From Torpedo marmorata (Eukaryota): a stretch of DNA of 64,000 bases. A program made the position numbers and the translations under genes. The notes beneath the pieces were generated by a model. It was given only the letters and a program-made list of their open reading frames with translations, was not told the origin of the DNA and did not search any database. Numbering within the stretch: position 1 is the first letter of the stretch; the number at the start of each line of letters is the position of its first letter. The stretch spans positions 211,296,001-211,360,000 of the forward strand of contig OZ360222.1 of NCBI GenBank assembly GCA_977017645.1, in the 5' to 3' direction. Below, piece by piece: positions 63,130 through 64,000 of the stretch.

Positions 63130-63987
63130 TTGCACTAAGCCCGTGACTGTGTGGCTAAGCACAATTCAAATGCCATCTACAAATTTGCCGATGATACCAC
63201 AGTCATCAGCAGAATCACAGACGGCAATGAGGAAGCGTACTGGAGTGAGAAGATCAGCTCGTTGAGTGGTGTCATAACAAGAACATTGCACTCAACATTA
63301 GCAAAACTAAGGAACTGATTGTGGACTTCAGGAGGGGGAAATCAGGAGAACACAAACCAGTCCTCATCGAGGGGTCAGCAGTGGAAAGGGTTAAGAACTT
63401 CAAATTCCTGGGTGTCAACATCCCTGAAGATCTATCCTGGGGCCTCCATATCGATTCAATCACGAAGAAGGTTCACCAGCAGCTATACCATGAGGAGCTT
63501 GAGGAGATTTGATATATCACCAAAGACTCTTGAAAATTTCTATAGGTGTACCAAGGAGAGCATTCTGACTAGTTGCATCACTGTCTGGTAGGGAGGTGCC
63601 AATGCACAAGTCAGGAAATGACTATAGAGTGTTTTGAACTCAGCCAGCGCCTTCATGGGCACCAGCCTTCACTCCATTAAGGACATCCACAAGAAGCCGT
63701 GTCTCAAGAAAGCAACCTTTATCCTCAAGGACCCTCACCACCCAGGCCATGCCCTCTTCTCACTGCTGCCATCAGGAAGACAAACACCCAACGGTACAGA
63801 AACAGCTTCTTCTCCTCTGCCATCAGTTCTCTGAATGGACAATGAACCAAAGACTATCTCACTTTCTCTTCTTTTGCACTAATTTATTTATTTTTTAAAA
63901 AATGTAATTTATAGCAATTTTGCACCTGTAATGCTGCCACAAACAAAATGAATTTCATGACATGTTCATGACAATAAATTCTGATTC
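63130..63987 (+). mobile_element. Older Rex1 subfamily A-like LINE, 5'-truncated
   Basis: [22 protein letters not shown], with frameshifts; TGACAATAAATTCTGATTC tail. Confidence 0.9.
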
Positions 63988-64000
63988 TTTTTCTTCCTCT

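Overview
Gene-poor vertebrate DNA, probably from a cartilaginous fish (inferred from the repeat families). It consists mostly of nested retroelements, and I found no convincing host exon. Contents: four L1-clade LINEs (one full-length), at least ten Rex1/Babar-type LINE copies from about four subfamilies, three Ty3/Gypsy elements, Penelope-like fragments with degenerate minimal hammerhead motifs, CR1 remnants, a 5S-derived SINE, a non-autonomous hAT element, a BEL-type solo LTR, and one BEL/Pao LTR element (44489-62990, ATTCC TSD) expanded to 18.5 kb by four levels of nesting. Main observation: removing the nested LINEs leaves a ~5.9 kb BEL element with no RT, RNase H or integrase core. In their place is ~1.1 kb of coiled-coil coding sequence, in frame between the protease region and the integrase C-terminal domain. 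About 100 aa of it closely resembles vertebrate MIPOL1 (compared from memory, needs BLAST), suggesting host-mRNA capture. The same Gag begins with a SAP-like motif. All coordinates and counts were read by eye.
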